Source of the DNA: a virus
Lineage: Duplodnaviria; Caudoviricetes
Strand: one strand, 5' to 3'
IMG/VR virus record: IMGVR_UViG_3300042881_003763
Span: 1-26,811 of that record
Length of the DNA stretch: 26,811 bases
Shown piece after piece: positions 6,443-14,672 of the stretch. How positions within the stretch are numbered: the first letter of the stretch is position 1; each line of letters begins with the position of its first letter. The notes under the pieces were generated by a model. It did no database searches. It was given only the letters and a program-made list of their open reading frames with translations, and had not been told where the DNA came from. The position numbers were made by a program, and so were the translations under genes.

Positions 6443-8806
6443 ATGCCGATTGAAAAGAACATCACCGTCGATGAGTTGCCTGTAGGTGACGTTGAAATCG
6501 AGATGGAAGAGGCGCTGCCTGATGTGGACATCGAGTTCGATGCCGAAACAGGCGAGGTGGTGATTGGGATTGGCAAGGAAGAGGACGACAAGGTCCCCTT
6601 CGACAGCAACCTTGCTGAGGTTGTCGATCCGTCAGTCTTGCAGAGCATGTCCTCGGAGCTGATGGCTCTGTTTGAAGCGGACAAGTCCTCGCGCAAGCAG
6701 TGGGAAGACCAGTACGGCAAGGGCCTGAAGCTGCTGGGCTTTTCGTTTGAGGAGCGCACCAAGCCGTTCAAGGGCGCGTGCCCCGTTCAGCATCCCTTGC
6801 TGACCGAGAGCGTGGTGCAGTTCCAGGCGCAGGCGTTGAAGGAAATGATGCCCGCGGGCGGCCCTGTGCGTACGCAGGTCCTGGGCAAGGAAACGCGCGA
6901 GAAGTTGATGCAGGCCGAGCGCGTGCGTGACTTCATGAACTACCAGATCACCACGGTGATGGAGGAGTACACGCCGGACTTCGACCAGCTCCTGTTCTAC
7001 GTGGGCTATGGCGGCTCGGCTTTCCGCAAGGTGTACTACTGCGAGGACAAGGGCCGCATGACGAGCGCCCTGATCCTGCCGGAGGATCTGTACATCCCGT
7101 ACAACGGCTCGAGCGTGATGAGCGAATGCTCCCGGATCACGCACCGCGTGACGATGCCGGTGAATGCCTATCGCCGTGCCGTGGTCCGTGGCCAGTACTT
7201 GGATACCGCCCAGGCGCAGGCCGTGGCTGAGACAAGCCAGAACATTATCCAGAAGGAACAGGACCGTGTCGTGGGCATCGTGCCCACGGGTGGGGATGAT
7301 GAAGAGATCGTGCTGTTGGAGTTCCAGGTTGACTATGACCTGCCGGGCTTCGAGCACAAGGAAGACGGCGAGGCCACGGGCATCAAGCTGCCGTACATCG
7401 TGACCATCGATGAGGTCACGAACCACGTGGTGGGTATCCGCCGCAACTGGAAGCAGGGTGACGAACTCTATCGTCGCTGCCAGTACTACGTGCACTACCT
7501 GCTGGTCCAGGGCCCCGGTGCGTATGGCTTGGGCTTCCTGCATCTGGTTGGTGGCCTGAGCAAGACGGCGTCGGCCGCGCTGCAGCAGTTGATCGACGCG
7601 GGCACGCTGTCGAACCTGCCTGCTGGCTTCAAGGCCAAGGGCGCGCGGATCATGAACGACGACATGCCGCTGCAGCCTGGGGAGTTCCGGGATATCGACA
7701 CGGGCGGCGCGGAGATCAATTCCTCGCTGCTGCCGCTGCCGTACAAGGAGCCGAGCCAGACGCTGTTCACGCTGCTGGGCTTCTGCGTGGATGCAGGCCG
7801 TCGTCTGTCGAGCATCACCGACATGCAGGTGGGCGACAGCAATCAGAACGCTGCGGTGGGTACCACGATTGCGTTGCTGGAAAAGGGCTCGGCCGTCATG
7901 TCAGCCATCCACAAGCGCCTGCACTATGCACAGAAGCTGGAGTTCCAGCTCTTGGCGCGAGGGTTTGGCGAGTATCTGCCGCCCGAGTATCCGTACGACG
8001 TTCCTGGCGAGAGCCGCCTGATCAAGGCACGGGATTTCGATGACCGGATCGACGTGCTGCCGGTGTCGGACCCCAACATTTTCTCGGTGGCGCAGCGCAT
8101 CACCATGGCGCAGACGCAGTTGCAGCTCGCGCAGAGCGCGCCGCAGATGCACAACATGTACGAGGCGTACCGCCGGATGTACGAGGCCATCGGTGTGCGG
8201 GATATCGATCAGATCCTGAACACGCAGAACGTGGACAAGCCCAAGGATCCGGCCAGTGAGAACGCGCAGGCCCTGGACGGCTCGCCGCTCAAGGCTTTCG
8301 CTGGCCAGCAGCACGATGCTCACATCATGACTCACCTGCTGTTTGGTATGTCGCCGATTGTTGGTGGCATGCCTCAGGTGGCCATGAACCTGCAAAAGCA
8401 CGTGTTTGACCACATCCGCCTGAAGGCGGAAGAGGCTGTGGAGGCCGAGTTGTTCCAGCAGTACGGCACGGACCCTGAGGGAATGGTGTCGGCGCTGCAG
8501 CGGGAGGCGATGGTGGCCCTGAAAGTGGCCCAGTTCTTCCAGGAAGCCAAGCAGATGCAGTCCCAGATGATGGGCGATCAGACCGATCCGCTGGTCAAAC
8601 TCAAGGAGCAGGAGCTCCAACAGTCTGCGCAGCGCGATCAGGCCCGAATTGCGGTGGACCAACAGCGTTTGGCCTTCGATCAGCAGAAGGAAAACAACGA
8701 CATGGCCATCGAGCAAGCGAAACTAGCTCAGAAAGGAGCATCAGATGCCCAAAAAACCCAGCAAGTCATTGCCCAAAGTGCCCAAAGACGGTCCCAAGCC
8801 CGTTAA
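6443..8806 (+). CDS. Portal protein
   Basis: 787 aa, located after terL. Motifs SRKQWE..Y.KGL.LLG, HPLLTESVVQFQAQA, LIDAGTLSNLPAGFK and DVLPVSDPN, plus a Gln-rich helical C-terminal tail, are typical of P22-like/podoviral portals. Confidence 0.88.
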   Translation: MPIEKNITVDELPVGDVEIEMEEALPDVDIEFDAETGEVVIGIGKEEDDKVPFDSNLAEVVDPSVLQSMSSELMALFEADKSSRKQWEDQYGKGLKLLGFSFEERTKPFKGACPVQHPLLTESVVQFQAQALKEMMPAGGPVRTQVLGKETREKLMQAERVRDFMNYQITTVMEEYTPDFDQLLFYVGYGGSAFRKVYYCEDKGRMTSALILPEDLYIPYNGSSVMSECSRITHRVTMPVNAYRRAVVRGQYLDTAQAQAVAETSQNIIQKEQDRVVGIVPTGGDDEEIVLLEFQVDYDLPGFEHKEDGEATGIKLPYIVTIDEVTNHVVGIRRNWKQGDELYRRCQYYVHYLLVQGPGAYGLGFLHLVGGLSKTASAALQQLIDAGTLSNLPAGFKAKGARIMNDDMPLQPGEFRDIDTGGAEINSSLLPLPYKEPSQTLFTLLGFCVDAGRRLSSITDMQVGDSNQNAAVGTTIALLEKGSAVMSAIHKRLHYAQKLEFQLLARGFGEYLPPEYPYDVPGESRLIKARDFDDRIDVLPVSDPNIFSVAQRITMAQTQLQLAQSAPQMHNMYEAYRRMYEAIGVRDIDQILNTQNVDKPKDPASENAQALDGSPLKAFAGQQHDAHIMTHLLFGMSPIVGGMPQVAMNLQKHVFDHIRLKAEEAVEAELFQQYGTDPEGMVSALQREAMVALKVAQFFQEAKQMQSQMMGDQTDPLVKLKEQELQQSAQRDQARIAVDQQRLAFDQQKENNDMAIEQAKLAQKGASDAQKTQQVIAQSAQRRSQAR

Positions 8807-8879
8807 AAAGCCTTCGGCGGAGCCAAAAGTGACCTATGTTTATCGCAAGGATGCGTTTAACAAGGTAAAACTGGCTTGA
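8745..8879 (+). CDS. Small Lys/Pro-rich protein (44 aa; not in ORF track) overlapping the portal 3' end
   Basis: Strong SD AAAGGAG at 8732-8738, then ATG 8745. Translation: MPKKPSKSLPKVPKDGPKPVKKPSAEPKVTYVYRKDAFNKVKLA*. Confidence 0.6.
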   Translation: MPKKPSKSLPKVPKDGPKPVKKPSAEPKVTYVYRKDAFNKVKLA

Positions 8880-8945
8880 AACTGGTGCTAATATGCACCG
8901 CAGCCTTCGGACAGGGGCCTATCTGTCTGCTTCATGGGGATATCC

Positions 8946-9128
8946 ATGCTGGAATTCACTGAAACCCTGCTGCGAGAGATTCGAAGACTGCGTGAGGACA
9001 CGTATTCGATGATCATCAGCGGCGGTGTTCGCGACATGGAGCAGTACAGGTTCCTAATGGGCCGGTTGGAAGGCTACAAGTTCGTGGAAGAGGCTGTTCA
9101 GTCCCTTCTGCGCAAGGCCGATGACTAG
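8946..9128 (+). CDS. Small helical hypothetical protein of the head module (60 aa)
   Basis: MLEFTETLLREIRRL...YRFLMGRLEG. The start was moved to ATG 8946, after GGGGA. It lies between the portal and GroES genes. Confidence 0.75.
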   Translation: MLEFTETLLREIRRLREDTYSMIISGGVRDMEQYRFLMGRLEGYKFVEEAVQSLLRKADD

Positions 9129-9143
9129 CAAAAGGACCTTCTG

Positions 9144-9596
9144 ATGGAAATGACTGCTCTGGAAAAGAAGTGGGCGGAGGAAAAAGCCGCTCACGAGCCA
9201 GTTTTGGACGACGCTTACACGACAGACGGGAGTCTGAACGTGGAAAAGCTCGAGGAATCGGTCTTGGACCGGATTCCGAAGCCGACTGGCTGGCGAATTG
9301 TCATTCTGCCGTACCGCGGTGCTGAGAAAACCAAGGGCGGTATCGTCCTGGCTGATCAAACTCGGCAGCGCGAGCAGGTGGCGACGGTCTGCGGGTATGT
9401 TTTGTCGGTTGGCGACCTTGCGTACAAGGATGAAGCCAAATTTCCGAACGGAGCATGGTGCCAAAAGGGCGACTGGGTCATTTTTGGCCGGTATGCCGGG
9501 GCGCGGCTCAACATTGATGGCGGCGAGATCCGAATCTTGAACGATGACGAGATCTTGGCGCGCATTCAAGACCCCGAAGACATCCTTCACCTGTGA
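9144..9596 (+). CDS. groES: GroES-like co-chaperonin (Cpn10) with N-terminal extension
   Basis: PTGWRIVILP, mobile-loop EKTKGGIVL, VLSVGD, GDWVIFGRYAG and RILNDDEILA match the Cpn10 signature. Confidence 0.9.
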   Translation: MEMTALEKKWAEEKAAHEPVLDDAYTTDGSLNVEKLEESVLDRIPKPTGWRIVILPYRGAEKTKGGIVLADQTRQREQVATVCGYVLSVGDLAYKDEAKFPNGAWCQKGDWVIFGRYAGARLNIDGGEIRILNDDEILARIQDPEDILHL

Positions 9597-9604
9597 GGTA
9601 GACC

Positions 9605-10567
9605 ATGGCAAACACAGTTCCCGATACACAACTTGAGTTTGATCTGGGCGCGGACGAAAAACCGGCCGAGATCACGCTGGACGAGCCTTCTGACTCGTCC
9701 AGGGAGCCGATGGAGACTGCCAACAGGGCAGTAGCCGAGGCCCAGCCCGAAAGGGAGCAGCGCGAAGAGCTCGATCATGTGAGCGAAGCGGTCCAAAAGC
9801 GCATCGCCAAGCTCACCGCGCGCATGCGGGAGTCCGAGCGCCGTGAACAGGCTGCTTTGGAGTACGCCAAGGGCTTGCAGCAGCAGGCGCAGGAGCTTCA
9901 GCAGAAGCTGGTCCACACGGACTACAGCCGTCTGAACGAAGCCAAGACCCGCCTGGAGACGCAGCAGGCTACGCTGAAGGCCATCATCAAAAAGGCCCGC
10001 GAAGAGAACGACATTGACACCGAAACCGAGGCCACGCAGCGTCTTTCTGAACTGGTGATGGAGCAACGTCAGGTTTCGGGCTGGCTGCAGACCCAAGAGC
10101 AGCAGATCCGTCAGCCTCAACAGGCTCAACCGCCTGCACCGCCCCAACAGGCGTATCAGCCGCAAGCTCAACCGCAGTTTCAGCCCCAACAGGCCGCTGC
10201 TCCGAGCCCCAAGGCCGAGGAGTGGGCGTCTCGCAATAAGTGGTTTGGCCAGGATCGCGTGCTGACCTATGCAGCCTGGGGAATCCACCAAACGCTGCTC
10301 GAAAACGAGGGGTTTGACCCCAGTAGTGACGAGTACTATACTGAATTGGATCGCCGTCTTCGGGAGGAATTTCCGAAGCGGTTCCCGGATGAAAATCCGC
10401 AACAAACCAACAGACAACAGCGTTCCGCGCCTGCTGTTGCCCCTGCTACCCGGAGTTCCGGAATCAATAGTGCGCGCCGTACTGTTCGGCTATCCCCGAG
10501 CCAAGTTGCTATCGCTAAGAAGCTGAATGTTCCTCTCGAGGAATATGCCAAGTACGTAAAGGAGTGA
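9605..10567 (+). CDS. Putative capsid scaffolding protein
   Basis: Acidic N-terminus, long coiled coil, Gln/Pro linker and C-terminal LSPSQVAIAKKLNVPLEEYAK helix. Position upstream of the capsid genes. Confidence 0.65.
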   Translation: MANTVPDTQLEFDLGADEKPAEITLDEPSDSSREPMETANRAVAEAQPEREQREELDHVSEAVQKRIAKLTARMRESERREQAALEYAKGLQQQAQELQQKLVHTDYSRLNEAKTRLETQQATLKAIIKKAREENDIDTETEATQRLSELVMEQRQVSGWLQTQEQQIRQPQQAQPPAPPQQAYQPQAQPQFQPQQAAAPSPKAEEWASRNKWFGQDRVLTYAAWGIHQTLLENEGFDPSSDEYYTELDRRLREEFPKRFPDENPQQTNRQQRSAPAVAPATRSSGINSARRTVRLSPSQVAIAKKLNVPLEEYAKYVKE

Positions 10568-10571
10568 AATC

Positions 10572-11045
10572 ATGAGCGAACCCAAAATCACCATCGACCG
10601 TGCCTCTCGCGCTTCCCGCGAAAAAGAATCACGTCGCCGCCCTTGGAAACCTCCTTCACGTCTTGACGCCCCTCCCGCCCCTGAAGGCTTCCAGCATCGC
10701 TGGATTCGATCAGAGGTCAATGGGTTTGATGATCGGCAAAACATCTACGGACGTCTCCGCGAGGGCTATGAACTAGTCCGACTGGAGGAACTGCCCGAGG
10801 AATACCAGGGCATGCTGCCTACCATCGAAGATGGCAAGCACGCAGGCGTGGTTTCCGTGGGTGGCTTGATGCTGGCCCGCATTCCTGTTGAAACTGTCGA
10901 AGAACGCAATGCCTACTTCGCCCAGAAGGCCCGGGATCAGTTGATTGCGGTCGATAACGAGATGCTGCGTGAGAACGCACACTCGTCAATGCGGATTCAG
11001 AGCCCCGAGCGGAGTTCGCGCACCACTTTCCGTAAGCCGGAGTAA
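10572..11045 (+). CDS. Conserved phage head-module hypothetical protein
   Basis: WKPPSRLDAP, HRWIR, REGYELV and GGLMLARIP motifs; AGGAG RBS; tight operon packing. Confidence 0.8.
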   Translation: MSEPKITIDRASRASREKESRRRPWKPPSRLDAPPAPEGFQHRWIRSEVNGFDDRQNIYGRLREGYELVRLEELPEEYQGMLPTIEDGKHAGVVSVGGLMLARIPVETVEERNAYFAQKARDQLIAVDNEMLRENAHSSMRIQSPERSSRTTFRKPE

Positions 11046-11074
11046 TCTGGCTAATCAATCTTTGGAGCTTACAA

Positions 11075-11656
11075 ATGGCAAACGTCAATAAGCCCTTTGG
11101 ATTGCGTCCCGTTGGCAACCTTTCTGCGACCGGTGCCCAAAAGCAATACGGTTATCAGATTGAGGCTGGCTACGCAACCGCAATCTACCAGGGTGACCTC
11201 GTGGTCGTCTATGACGGCTACATCATCAAGTACGACGCAGCTACGCACGTCGCCCCCACTGGCGTCTTCAACGGCGTGCAGTACAACGACCCCACTCGCG
11301 CTGACAAGCCGACTTGGAAGAACTATTACCCCGGTAATATCACTCCCAACATTGGCCCAATCGTGTGCGAAGTGCTGGACGATCCGAGCCAACTGTTCCT
11401 GATCCAGGCCGCTGGCACGATCACCCAGGCCGACATCGGCAAGAACGCTGACCCGACCGCTGCTACCTCCGGTAGCAACATCACCGGCGTTTCTGCTGGC
11501 ACGCTTGGCACCCCCGCGAAGACTGCTGCTTTGACCTTCAAGATTGTTGGTCTGAGCGAACAAGCAGGCAACGCGTTGGGCCAGTACGCTGTGCTCGTCG
11601 TGAAACTCAACCAACACCAGTACGGCAGCAATGGCGTGCAAGCTGATGGAGCCTGA
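11075..11656 (+). CDS. Putative capsid decoration/stabilising protein
   Basis: MANVNKPFGLRP start, beta-rich small-residue composition, strongly biased codons, and position immediately upstream of the major capsid gene. Confidence 0.6.
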   Translation: MANVNKPFGLRPVGNLSATGAQKQYGYQIEAGYATAIYQGDLVVVYDGYIIKYDAATHVAPTGVFNGVQYNDPTRADKPTWKNYYPGNITPNIGPIVCEVLDDPSQLFLIQAAGTITQADIGKNADPTAATSGSNITGVSAGTLGTPAKTAALTFKIVGLSEQAGNALGQYAVLVVKLNQHQYGSNGVQADGA

Positions 11657-11658
11657 TC

Positions 11659-12567
11659 ATGGCAATTACCCGTTCACAACTTGTTAAAGAGCTGGAGCCA
11701 GGTCTGAACGCTCTGTTCGGTCTGGAGTACAAGCGTTACGAGAACGAGCACGAGGAGATCTTCTCCATCGAGACTTCGGACCGTGCGTTTGAAGAGGAAG
11801 TCATGCTGACCGGCTTCGGTGCAGCTCCGGTAAAGACTGAAGGCGCTGGCGTCCAGTACGACAACGCAATCGAGTCCTTCACTGCGCGCTACACCCACGA
11901 GACGATTGCCATGGCCTTCGCGCTGACCGAAGAGGCCGTTGAGGACAACCTCTACGACCGCTTGGCTGGCCGCTACACCAAGGCAATGGCTCGTTCGATG
12001 GCCCACACCAAGCAGGTCAAGGGCGCTGCAGTCCTGAACAACGGCTTCGATGCTGCCTTCCCGGGCGGCGACGGTGTCGCGCTGTTCTCGACTGCCCACC
12101 CGACCGCTCTGTCGGCCAACTTCGCCAACCGTCCCACGGTCGGCGCGGACCTGAACGAGACGTCTCTGGAGCAGGGCATCATCGACATCGCCGCGTTCAT
12201 CGACGAACGTGGCCTGAAGGTGGCGCTGACCGCACGCAAGCTGATCGTTCCGAAGGAGCTCCAGTTCACCGCTGAGCGCCTGATGAAGAGCACGCTGCGT
12301 ACCCAATCGGCTGACAACGACGTCAACGCGATCAAGTCCATGGGCCTGATCCCGGAGGGTTACTCTGTCAACCACTACCTGACCGACGTCAACGCTTGGT
12401 TCCTCATCACTGATGCCCCCAACGGCCTCAAGATGTTCGAGCGTTCGCCGATCAAGACCGCCTTTGAAGGCGACTTTGACACCGGCAACGTCCGTTACAA
12501 GGCTCGCGAGCGTTACAGCTTTGGCTGGAGCGACCCCCGCGGCGCCTACGGCTCTCCTGGCGCCTAA
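11659..12567 (+). CDS. Major capsid protein (Mu gpT-like family)
   Basis: 302 aa with MAITRSQLVKELEPGLNALFG, GGDGVALFSTAHP, KLIVPKEL, NHYLTD and RERYSFGWSDPRG. Highly biased codon usage; followed by a terminator. Confidence 0.9.
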   Translation: MAITRSQLVKELEPGLNALFGLEYKRYENEHEEIFSIETSDRAFEEEVMLTGFGAAPVKTEGAGVQYDNAIESFTARYTHETIAMAFALTEEAVEDNLYDRLAGRYTKAMARSMAHTKQVKGAAVLNNGFDAAFPGGDGVALFSTAHPTALSANFANRPTVGADLNETSLEQGIIDIAAFIDERGLKVALTARKLIVPKELQFTAERLMKSTLRTQSADNDVNAIKSMGLIPEGYSVNHYLTDVNAWFLITDAPNGLKMFERSPIKTAFEGDFDTGNVRYKARERYSFGWSDPRGAYGSPGA

Positions 12568-12584
12568 TCAGCGTCGGAAACCGG

Positions 12585-12614
12585 GAAAAGGGGCCTTGTG
12601 CCCCTTTTCTTTTT
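12585..12614 (+). terminator. Intrinsic terminator after the capsid gene
   Basis: GAAAAGGGGC-cttgt-GCCCCTTTTC followed by a T-run. Confidence 0.85.
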
Positions 12615-12633
12615 GGCCTATATTCAATCCATT

Positions 12634-12712
12634 CCGGGGTCATCCCGTACGCCTGACAGTCCCGGCTGACGACATGCAGACAGGCGTACCCAGTTCAACT
12701 CGCATGTGAGGA
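12634..12712 (+). ncRNA. Structured, pseudoknotted RNA element; probably a Mu-gpT-DE-like motif
   Basis: Stem GTACGCCTG (12647-55)/CAGGCGTAC (12681-89), inner CAG/CTG stem, and two crossing pairings: CCGGG (12634-38)/CCCGG (12661-65) and ACATGC (12672-77)/GCATGT (12702-07). It lies directly downstream of a gpT-like gene. Confidence 0.6.
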
Positions 12713-12716
12713 TTTC

Positions 12717-13235
12717 ATGGCGAATACCACCTTCACTGGACCGGTTCGTTCCCAGAACGGTTTCCAGTCAGTCACCGTCAGCCCCACCACGGGCGCCGTC
12801 ACCGTAGACGCCAGCTTTGGTGCTACTACCAGTGTGACAAATTTGACCGCTACAAATTTGGTCTTCACTGACCAAAACCACCCAACGACTGCCGCGATCA
12901 ATGCCACGGCCACGGCCACTGCGGCACAGGTTGCTACCGGCTACATCACCTCGACCTCGGCATCGCCCACCACCATCACTTTGCCCACTGGCACTTTGCT
13001 GGGTGCAGCCCTGGGCGCCACCCGTGGCACCGTGATGGATCTGTATGTGGACAACACTGCTGGCGCAAGCACCGTGACGATTGCCGTTGCCACCAATGGC
13101 ATTCTGTCCTCCGCTGCTGCTGACACCCCGGGCAGCTTTGGCGACTTGACTATTGCTGCTGGTGCAACCGGCCTTGCCCGTTTCACCATCATGTTCTCCA
13201 GCGCCACCGCATACGTGTTCACGCGCACTGCCTAA
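12717..13235 (+). CDS. Thr/Ala-rich virion structural protein (possible head fibre/decoration)
   Basis: MANTTFTGPVRSQNGF start, beta-rich composition, GAGGA RBS. Confidence 0.7.
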   Translation: MANTTFTGPVRSQNGFQSVTVSPTTGAVTVDASFGATTSVTNLTATNLVFTDQNHPTTAAINATATATAAQVATGYITSTSASPTTITLPTGTLLGAALGATRGTVMDLYVDNTAGASTVTIAVATNGILSSAAADTPGSFGDLTIAAGATGLARFTIMFSSATAYVFTRTA

Positions 13236-13277
13236 TTGATCCCCGGGGCTTTTAGCCCCGGCTAAAAGGAGCATCAA

Positions 13278-13574
13278 ATGGGCTTTCAGTATGACGTAAA
13301 AGCGAAAACGATGACGAGTACCGCTGCCTCTGGCATCGGTACTCCACGTGCTCGCATTAAAGGGATCTACTACGTCGCAAGCAACCTCGCGGGATCTGTT
13401 TCGTTTAAGGACGGCGGATCTGGCGGCACGGAACTGATCAACATTGCGACTCCCGCCAACACTGCTGGCACGGGGTGCATGTACATCATCGTGCCAAATG
13501 ATGGTGTGCGATTTGAAGCAGATCCGTACGTGACTCTCACCAACGTCACCTCGGTGACGTTCTTCTACGGCTAA
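13278..13574 (+). CDS. Small beta-rich structural hypothetical protein
   Basis: AAGGAG RBS; motifs RARIKGIY, IPNDGVRF-like and C-terminal VTFFYG. Confidence 0.8.
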   Translation: MGFQYDVKAKTMTSTAASGIGTPRARIKGIYYVASNLAGSVSFKDGGSGGTELINIATPANTAGTGCMYIIVPNDGVRFEADPYVTLTNVTSVTFFYG

Positions 13575-13584
13575 GGAGCCCAGC

Positions 13585-13770
13585 ATGGGACGCGCAGCAA
13601 AAATGTCGATTCCTGAGTACCAAGGCGAGGTTCAGCCGGGCGCTCAAAAGCAGGACATGAGCAAAGGCGGGCCGAAGCAGACGCCTCGCAAGGACTACCA
13701 GAAGCCCAGTGCCTCTGTGGCTCCTCGCGGCGTTGGCGAGGCCCGTAATAAGCAGTGCAAGATGTACTGA
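13585..13770 (+). CDS. Small basic hypothetical protein
   Basis: AAGGAG RBS; K/R-rich; C-terminal RGVGEARNKQCKMY resembles the end of the 14418 ORF. Confidence 0.7.
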   Translation: MGRAAKMSIPEYQGEVQPGAQKQDMSKGGPKQTPRKDYQKPSASVAPRGVGEARNKQCKMY

Positions 13771-13773
13771 CGC

Positions 13774-14028
13774 ATGGCCAAGTCACCTGCTTGGCAGCGC
13801 AAGGAGGGCAAGAGCCCCAGCGGCGGCTTGAACGCCAAAGGGCGCGCCTCCTACAACCGCGCCAATCCTGGCAAGCCGGGGCTGAAGGCTCCGCAGCCGG
13901 AGGGTGGGCCACGCAAGAAGTCATTCTGTGCCAGGATGTCCGGCATGAAAGCCAAGCTGACTAGCGAAAAAACGGCAAACGATCCCGATAGTCGTATCAA
14001 CAAGAGTCTTCGGAAATGGAAGTGCTGA
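13774..14028 (+). CDS. Small basic phage protein (AWQRKEGK...GGLNAKGRASYN...SFCARM family; DUF6321-like)
   Basis: Motifs recognised as common in aquatic phages; family label is from memory. Confidence 0.75.
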   Translation: MAKSPAWQRKEGKSPSGGLNAKGRASYNRANPGKPGLKAPQPEGGPRKKSFCARMSGMKAKLTSEKTANDPDSRINKSLRKWKC

Positions 14029-14264
14029 TATGGAACATCGTGCTGTCGTTTGCGTCCGCGGCAGCACTGCTTTGGGTCAAGTCGATGCACGACGAGCTCA
14101 AGCGCGTGTCTATTTTGCTGAGCAAGACGCGGGAAGAGAACGCGGAAAAGTTTGTCACTCGGGCGGATGTTCACAGCGACATCAACCGGGTGCTTGTTCG
14201 GCTGGACAGGCTTGACGAAAAGTTGGATGCCTTTATAAAGGAGCAGCGCAGTGCCCTCAGCTAA
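14016..14264 (+). CDS. Small membrane-anchored coiled-coil protein
   Basis: N-terminal hydrophobic helix (LIWNIVLSFASAAALLWV) followed by a heptad region (RLDRLDEKLD). Confidence 0.75.
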   Translation: MEVLIWNIVLSFASAAALLWVKSMHDELKRVSILLSKTREENAEKFVTRADVHSDINRVLVRLDRLDEKLDAFIKEQRSALS

Positions 14265-14421
14265 GAAACCCGCGAAAGTGGAGAAGGTCATGCATGAGTT
14301 CAAGACCGGGGCACTGAAGTCCTCGTCTGGCCAGAAGGTGACCAATCGCAAACAAGCAGTGGCCATCGCCTTGAGCGAGGCCGGTATGTCCAAACCAGCC
14401 AAGAAAGGCGGCAAAAAATGA
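14251..14421 (+). CDS. Small basic protein, DUF6496-like (56 aa; not in ORF track)
   Basis: AAGGAG at 14238-43, then GTG 14251. Translation: MPSAKKPAKVEKVMHEFKTGALKSSSGQKVTNRKQAVAIALSEAGMSKPAKKGGKK*. It fills the gap between neighbours and its stop overlaps the next start. Confidence 0.8.
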   Translation: MPSAKKPAKVEKVMHEFKTGALKSSSGQKVTNRKQAVAIALSEAGMSKPAKKGGKK

Positions 14422-14669
14422 TGAACGGCAACTACAAGAAGGGCGGTCTGGCCAAGCGTGGTCAGGGCATCGCCGTTAAGGGTTTCAAGGACGGCGGCAT
14501 GGCCATGAAGGGCGTGCCCAAGGGCGGCAAGATCTCTGCATCTGGCCCCGACGTGGCGGGCCCCCAGGGCAAGACCATGAGCGAGCCGGTCAAGAAGGCC
14601 TCTACTGGTGACGTGGTACAAGTCCGCGGTGTGGGCGCCGCTCGCGCTCGCAAGGCAACCATCTACTAA
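14418..14669 (+). CDS. Small basic Gly/Lys-rich protein with repeated xxGG motifs
   Basis: YKKGGLA, FKDGGMA and PKGGKI; C-terminal VRGVGAARARKATIY; ATGA coupling. Confidence 0.75.
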   Translation: MMNGNYKKGGLAKRGQGIAVKGFKDGGMAMKGVPKGGKISASGPDVAGPQGKTMSEPVKKASTGDVVQVRGVGAARARKATIY

Positions 14670-14672
14670 ATC

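Noticed and set aside
12666-12690. CTGACGA resembles the hammerhead ribozyme core CUGANGA
   Set aside because: No correctly placed GAAA and stem II follow, so a canonical hammerhead cannot be drawn.
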